A DNA stretch of 64,000 bases, taken from IMG/VR virus record IMGVR_UViG_3300024272_002379. The stretch is one strand, 5' to 3'. The translations under genes and the position numbers were made by a program. The notes below the pieces were generated by a model, which was not told the DNA's origin, searched no databases, and was given only the letters and a program-made list of their open reading frames with translations. Source of the stretch: a virus (Duplodnaviria; Caudoviricetes). Positions 59,206 to 64,000 of this stretch are shown here, piece after piece (positions within the stretch are counted from its first letter, which is position 1; the number at the start of each line of letters is the position of its first letter).

Positions 59206-59496
59206 ATGTACGCTATTTACAGAGAAGACACGCAACTTTATTGTCGCTGGGACGAAAAAGTTATTGTGTTTGACACTACCGAAGAAGTAGAAAAGTTTGC
59301 AAATGAATTTCCATTTTTCTTCTCGTTAGCAGCAAAGCATGTTCGTGTAATTAAAGTTACAGTTGATGACGATTATGATGATAGTATTATCAACTATAAA
59401 GACATAAGCAAAGATGCTATTGAAGAAAACAAACAGCTTTTTAAAGAAATGGAAAAGCATAATGATGACATGAAGGAGGAACTCAAAAATGAGTAA
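59206..59496 (+). CDS. hypothetical protein
   Basis: RBS. Confidence 0.65.
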   Translation: MYAIYREDTQLYCRWDEKVIVFDTTEEVEKFANEFPFFFSLAAKHVRVIKVTVDDDYDDSIINYKDISKDAIEENKQLFKEMEKHNDDMKEELKNE

Positions 59497-59776
59497 AACA
59501 TTACAGGAAGTACTGGATACCGATTTATCACCAGATAAAATGGGAGATTATACTCCAAACGAATTAGCGGATTTCCTCGTAAAAAATGGTATCGTAGATA
59601 ACGCAGCAGATGTTAACCGTTTAGTTATTGAAGGTATTCAGAGAGCATTAAATGATGATGACGAATTCCCAATTCGTTATTATGCTAAAGATGAGGAAAT
59701 GTCGGAAGAAGGACGCACAGTTGACCCAGGCGAATGTCTTACAGATGATTATATTGAAAATAATCTCTCTAAATAG
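59489..59776 (+). CDS. acidic hypothetical protein
   Basis: RBS. Confidence 0.65.
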   Translation: MSKTLQEVLDTDLSPDKMGDYTPNELADFLVKNGIVDNAADVNRLVIEGIQRALNDDDEFPIRYYAKDEEMSEEGRTVDPGECLTDDYIENNLSK

Positions 59777-59825
59777 TCCATCCCCTTAACAGGGGTTGTG
59801 TACTATATTTTTGTGGAGGGAACAT

Positions 59826-61037
59826 ATGGACATTAATACAGAAGAGCTTAAGGCTCATGCCCCTCTTATTCCATATGTAAAACAACATTATAAAGACAAA
59901 ATACATATAGAGCGAGAGACGAAACATGTTGTATTTATGAGATGCTTATGGCACCAAGAAAATACAGCGTCTCTTGCTTTATTTGCGAATGGGACTTATA
60001 AATGTTTTGGGGAATGTGGAGCTCATGGAGACGTAATCACATTCGTACAGGCAATGGAAAATTTACAATTTCAGGAGGCATGTAAATTGATAGGCGACAA
60101 CGTAGGATATGACGTTATATTGGAAGAGCCAAATCCTGTATTTGAAGCTTACAAAGATAAGCTAGATAATTATTCGAGAAGATATTGGAGCAATCTTCAA
60201 CAGAATGGCCCTGCTCTTAAGTACCTTATCTGTGAAAGAGGTATATCAAAAGAAATGATAGACCAATTCAGATTAGGATTTACAGACCAGGAAGAATACA
60301 GGTATAGAACAGACATCGGAAATATATCAAGTAAGCTCGTATTTCCGATATTAGAACATAAAAGAAGAGCTCCTAAATGTGTTGGAATGGCTTATAGAGG
60401 GCTTACAGATGAAAAACCTAAGTATGTTAATGACCCTAATCAAGATGGACGAGAAGGGCAAGATTTACAGCTTGCAGGTGTATTCATTAAGGGAGATTTA
60501 TTATATGGTATGCCATTTGCTCATGAAAGCATAAGTAAAAATGGTTGTGCGATATTAGTAGAAGGGTATCTGGATGTTATATCACTACATCAATCTGGAA
60601 TCACAAATTCAGTTGGAGTAATGGGAACATCTATTACGGAAAATCAAATAAAAGTATTATCTAAAATCACGAAAAACATTTTGCTATTTCTTGATGGTGA
60701 TAAAGCTGGAACAGGAGCAATGCTAAAGGTAATTGGAGATTTATATAATGCTGGTCTAAATGTAGCAATATGCTTGTTAGATAATAACATGGACCCAGCA
60801 GATTTATGCAAAGCTTTAGATTTTGACAACGCAAGAGTTACAGCGGAGATTAAAGCTCATACAAAACAAGGAATAGAGCTTGTTGTTAGTAATGCCGTTG
60901 AACGATATGAAAGTATCGCTACATTGGAAAGAACAAAAGCGTTACGTACCGCAATGCCTATCATTGAGGCAGTGCAGGACCAGGGCATTAAAGAAATGTA
61001 TAAAGCAAAACTTTATAAAAGACTTGATATTAATTAA
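59826..61037 (+). CDS. dnaG: DnaG primase
   Basis: CHC2 finger, PKYVN, TOPRIM VEGYLDV, DGDKAG, DPAD. Confidence 0.95.
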   Translation: MDINTEELKAHAPLIPYVKQHYKDKIHIERETKHVVFMRCLWHQENTASLALFANGTYKCFGECGAHGDVITFVQAMENLQFQEACKLIGDNVGYDVILEEPNPVFEAYKDKLDNYSRRYWSNLQQNGPALKYLICERGISKEMIDQFRLGFTDQEEYRYRTDIGNISSKLVFPILEHKRRAPKCVGMAYRGLTDEKPKYVNDPNQDGREGQDLQLAGVFIKGDLLYGMPFAHESISKNGCAILVEGYLDVISLHQSGITNSVGVMGTSITENQIKVLSKITKNILLFLDGDKAGTGAMLKVIGDLYNAGLNVAICLLDNNMDPADLCKALDFDNARVTAEIKAHTKQGIELVVSNAVERYESIATLERTKALRTAMPIIEAVQDQGIKEMYKAKLYKRLDIN

Positions 61038-61049
61038 GGAGGCATATTA

Positions 61050-61934
61050 ATGGAACAGATGGAAAACATGATTAAAGAAGTCATGGGACAAAAAGTAACA
61101 GTAGTTAAACCAGAAGATGAATTTGGTTTTAAATGTCAGCAATGTGGTGCGTGCTGTACTAACAGAGATGATATTATTCTTAATCCATTTGATGTTTACA
61201 ATGGAGCGAAATATTTAGGAATTACACCAGAAGATTTCTTGATGAAATTTACTTTTAGTGAATTAGGACATACTTCAAAAATTCCGATTGTATTGCTTCA
61301 ACCAGAGAGCAATGGCTTTTGTCCATTATTAGAATTTGACATCAAAAATGGTGGTAAATTCAAATGTAAAATACACCCTGTTAAACCTGGTGCATGTGCA
61401 AACCATCCTATTGGTGTAGCATTTTCTAAAAACATAGAAACAGGTGAAGAAGAAATGTCTTACATTAAAGTTGACCAGTGTCATAATAGTGTATCAGATG
61501 AAATGCACAAGGTTTCTGATTGGTTAAAAGCTTATACAGATAATATCGAAGACATTAAGGCAGCTCACAGAATTCAGTTATTCGTTAGAGAAGTAATGAA
61601 TCCAGAAGAATTTATCAAAACTCTTGCCTTAATTGGTATAATATATGATAGAGAACCTACTACAACAGCATTAGGTTTGAACATCAAAGACTCTGTTAAA
61701 CAGGTTATTGATACTTATTCAATAGCTACTGTTAAGTATGGATATGCTAATTATGATACCAGTAGACCTTTTGCAGAACAGGTTGATGAGAATATTGAAA
61801 AATTAAGAAATATATATAATGACATGAATATTTTCTATACCAATGTTAAAGTCAAACTGGAAGAAACTACTGGTAAAACCATAGATGAACATATCGAGGA
61901 AATCAAAGAATTAATTATCAACGAGGAGGAATAA
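61050..61934 (+). CDS. YkgJ-family Cys-cluster protein
   Basis: FKCQQCGACC, CPLL, CKIHPVKPGAC..P. Confidence 0.85.
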   Translation: MEQMENMIKEVMGQKVTVVKPEDEFGFKCQQCGACCTNRDDIILNPFDVYNGAKYLGITPEDFLMKFTFSELGHTSKIPIVLLQPESNGFCPLLEFDIKNGGKFKCKIHPVKPGACANHPIGVAFSKNIETGEEEMSYIKVDQCHNSVSDEMHKVSDWLKAYTDNIEDIKAAHRIQLFVREVMNPEEFIKTLALIGIIYDREPTTTALGLNIKDSVKQVIDTYSIATVKYGYANYDTSRPFAEQVDENIEKLRNIYNDMNIFYTNVKVKLEETTGKTIDEHIEEIKELIINEEE

Positions 61935-61936
61935 CA

Positions 61937-62338
61937 ATGGCAACAGCTATGGATGCAACCACACACTTTAGTCCAGCTCAGTTACAGGAAATGACGGAGT
62001 TGGCTATGATTAACGAAGAGATGAAGAAACTTGAATCAAGAAAAAAAGTTTTATCTGACAGCGTTAAACAGCATATGATAACTGCAAACATTGATAAGGT
62101 AGCTGTAAATGGTAGCGTATTTGGTCTTACAGAATCGGAAAGAAGAACGGTAACTAAAGCTACCAAAGACCAGTTCATCGCAGACCTTGTAGGAATGGGC
62201 AAAAAACATCTTGTAACTTATTCTATTGAGCCAGATTTAGATAGCATCTTTGCAGAAGTAGATGCTGGTTCGCTGCAACAGGACTTTGTTGATAAATATG
62301 TTAAAGTTACTCCTATAGTAACATTGAGATGTAATTAA
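61937..62338 (+). CDS. hypothetical phage protein
   Basis: RBS. Confidence 0.65.
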   Translation: MATAMDATTHFSPAQLQEMTELAMINEEMKKLESRKKVLSDSVKQHMITANIDKVAVNGSVFGLTESERRTVTKATKDQFIADLVGMGKKHLVTYSIEPDLDSIFAEVDAGSLQQDFVDKYVKVTPIVTLRCN

Positions 62339-62895
62339 TGAGTTCATTAGATGACATGAGACAATATCTTCTGCCGTTAGATACTACGGCAGAAGATAAA
62401 AGATACGCTATGTACTTCTGCAAGAAATTAAACTATCTAAACGAACTCAGAAATGCTATTATAAAAGATACCAATGAAAGTTATATTTCAATGGGATATG
62501 GAAATGTAAATGCCAAAATCTGTATAGTAGTTAAAGATGAAGAGATGTTTAATATTGTAAAGCCATTGATTCAAGATGTATTAGAACGCTTTGACGTTAA
62601 TTTTTGGAACATATATGTCACATTTATTGACAAGACCAAAACTCCATATAAAGAAAAATATGAGTTACTTGTAAATGAAATCAATGCCATTAAGCCCAAC
62701 TTAATGTACGTAATTGATAAAGATGACACAATGTATTTAGAAATGATTCGGTCTTTCTGTACATTAAATATTGATTTTCCAGAGAAATATTTTTTCATTG
62801 ACTTAGAATATCTTGCATCAACAGATATAGAAGTTCGTAAGTTATTATGGCGTGATTTTAGATATCTTATCAATTACAAAGAAATAGAACAATAA
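62338..62895 (+). CDS. second degenerate UDG-like protein
   Basis: GYGNVNAKI, IYVT..K, EI.AIKP. Confidence 0.45.
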   Translation: MSSLDDMRQYLLPLDTTAEDKRYAMYFCKKLNYLNELRNAIIKDTNESYISMGYGNVNAKICIVVKDEEMFNIVKPLIQDVLERFDVNFWNIYVTFIDKTKTPYKEKYELLVNEINAIKPNLMYVIDKDDTMYLEMIRSFCTLNIDFPEKYFFIDLEYLASTDIEVRKLLWRDFRYLINYKEIEQ

Positions 62896-62908
62896 GGAGG
62901 AATGTATA

Positions 62909-63553
62909 ATGTCTTTAGCACAAGATGTGGCTCCAAATCCAATGGGAGCTATAAAATTTCCACAAGAAGACCAACAACCTGTTCTTCAGCAACAAGTTGC
63001 TTTTGACCCATCACAAATTCGTAGAGCTTATAACGATGCTCAATGGATGGCAAAAGAAGACTGGTATACTCAGCAATGTAACGCAATACAATTAACTGAT
63101 AGTCCATCTCCAGCAGAGGTGCAAAGTGCAGCTCTTCAGATTGATACTTTATTATCCGTAGCTCGTATTGATTATGCATACGTTGCTCAAATGTATGATA
63201 GATACAGTATGCAGTTAAAAATCGAAGAAAAACGTTTATTCGTTGACCTTAAGATTCAGCCACCATCTCAGTATAATACTTTAAAACTTACTGTTGATGA
63301 AATGAAAGGCGTTGTAGCATCTGTCATTCAAAAACAGCCATGGGCAAATACAAAGTATTCATTGTATGAGTTGGTTGAAAAATCAAGTTCAAGAAATATC
63401 TTCATGGAAGCTATTATCAAGATTCTTCAGGATAAGAAAGACTTACTTATCACTCATAGTGGTATGTTAAAGATTGAGAATAGCTTAAATGGCATTCAGC
63501 CAACTGTTCCAGGACAGCATAAAACAGCATACAGACATCCTATGGAGGAATAA
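62909..63553 (+). CDS. hypothetical protein
   Basis: RBS. Confidence 0.7.
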   Translation: MSLAQDVAPNPMGAIKFPQEDQQPVLQQQVAFDPSQIRRAYNDAQWMAKEDWYTQQCNAIQLTDSPSPAEVQSAALQIDTLLSVARIDYAYVAQMYDRYSMQLKIEEKRLFVDLKIQPPSQYNTLKLTVDEMKGVVASVIQKQPWANTKYSLYELVEKSSSRNIFMEAIIKILQDKKDLLITHSGMLKIENSLNGIQPTVPGQHKTAYRHPMEE

Positions 63554-63554
63554 C

Positions 63555-64000
63555 ATGAGTTGTGCGTATGAAAGCTCTTGTTTAAATTATGGCAAGTGTT
63601 ATCGGTGTACAAACCAAGGTCTATTGAAATTAAAAGGACAAAAGGGCCAGCGTAAAACCGCTGGTCTTTTTAATTCAGTTGACCATAAAACAGCAACTGC
63701 CGATGATTCATGGAAAGATTTAGAACAACAAGTTGCCGACAAGTTAAATAATATTCCAACAATGCAAGAGGCCAGAAGAAGTAGAGCCTCTGGTGCTTTG
63801 TGGTTTGAAAAAGGTGACATTGTTGATACTATTCTGCATCCAGAATGCAAAGAACGAAAAGGCAATGAATTAAAGTCTGGTGAAAAATCTTTATCCATTA
63901 AGAGGGAATGGCTTGAAAAGGCTGCTGACGAATGTAAATTTGAAGATAAAACAATGTGTTTACCATTCAGATTTAAATGTGATGAGAATATTTATTGCAT
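63555..64000 (+). CDS. Holliday-junction resolvase-like PD-(D/E)xK nuclease, runs off window (not in ORF track)
   Basis: LEQQVA..RASGALWFEKGDI..ECK..SIKREWLEK. Confidence 0.7.
   Translation, partial: MSCAYESSCLNYGKCYRCTNQGLLKLKGQKGQRKTAGLFNSVDHKTATADDSWKDLEQQVADKLNNIPTMQEARRSRASGALWFEKGDIVDTILHPECKERKGNELKSGEKSLSIKREWLEKAADECKFEDKTMCLPFRFKCDENIYC

Overview
A 64-kb, AT-rich, almost entirely + strand segment of a large phage (or phage-plasmid). The host is probably a Firmicute of the Clostridia/Lachnospiraceae type, inferred from strong GGAGG RBSs, sigma-A promoters and the HU sequence; the genetic code is standard. Layout: (1) 0.3-5.6 kb, RNA island with tmRNA, about 10 tRNAs, a GOLLD-like ~700-nt RNA, other structured RNAs and aberrant tRNA-like RNAs. 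(2) HU and an ABC transporter/PspA/OmpA-domain module. (3) 12.1-14.9 kb, a Cas7/RAMP-like gene with three companion genes and an array of six tracts with strict 5-nt periodicity (NYA-NN) set in repeated hairpin scaffolds. (4) A second array of pseudoknot-like RNAs and more tRNAs. (5) An ORF-free ~0.85-kb region with convergent promoters and an attenuator-like terminator, a candidate RNA-controlled origin. (6) Many small hypothetical genes, def, a frameshifted SNF2, MoxR/vWA and GroES. (7) A replication/recombination block: beta clamp, DnaE, SSB, RecA, PcrA, fused/split SbcCD, DnaG and a resolvase. Main finding: the variable NN dinucleotides of the periodic tracts, read as codon positions 1-2, spell conserved protein motifs (phage family-A DNA polymerase QKGKIAELALGYGGS; type I R-M HsdM AFGDAYEYLM). 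This points to an RNA-guided, wobble-skipping, non-contiguous DNA-recognition system aimed at rival phages and host defence genes. All family assignments are from motif recognition by eye; no searches were run.
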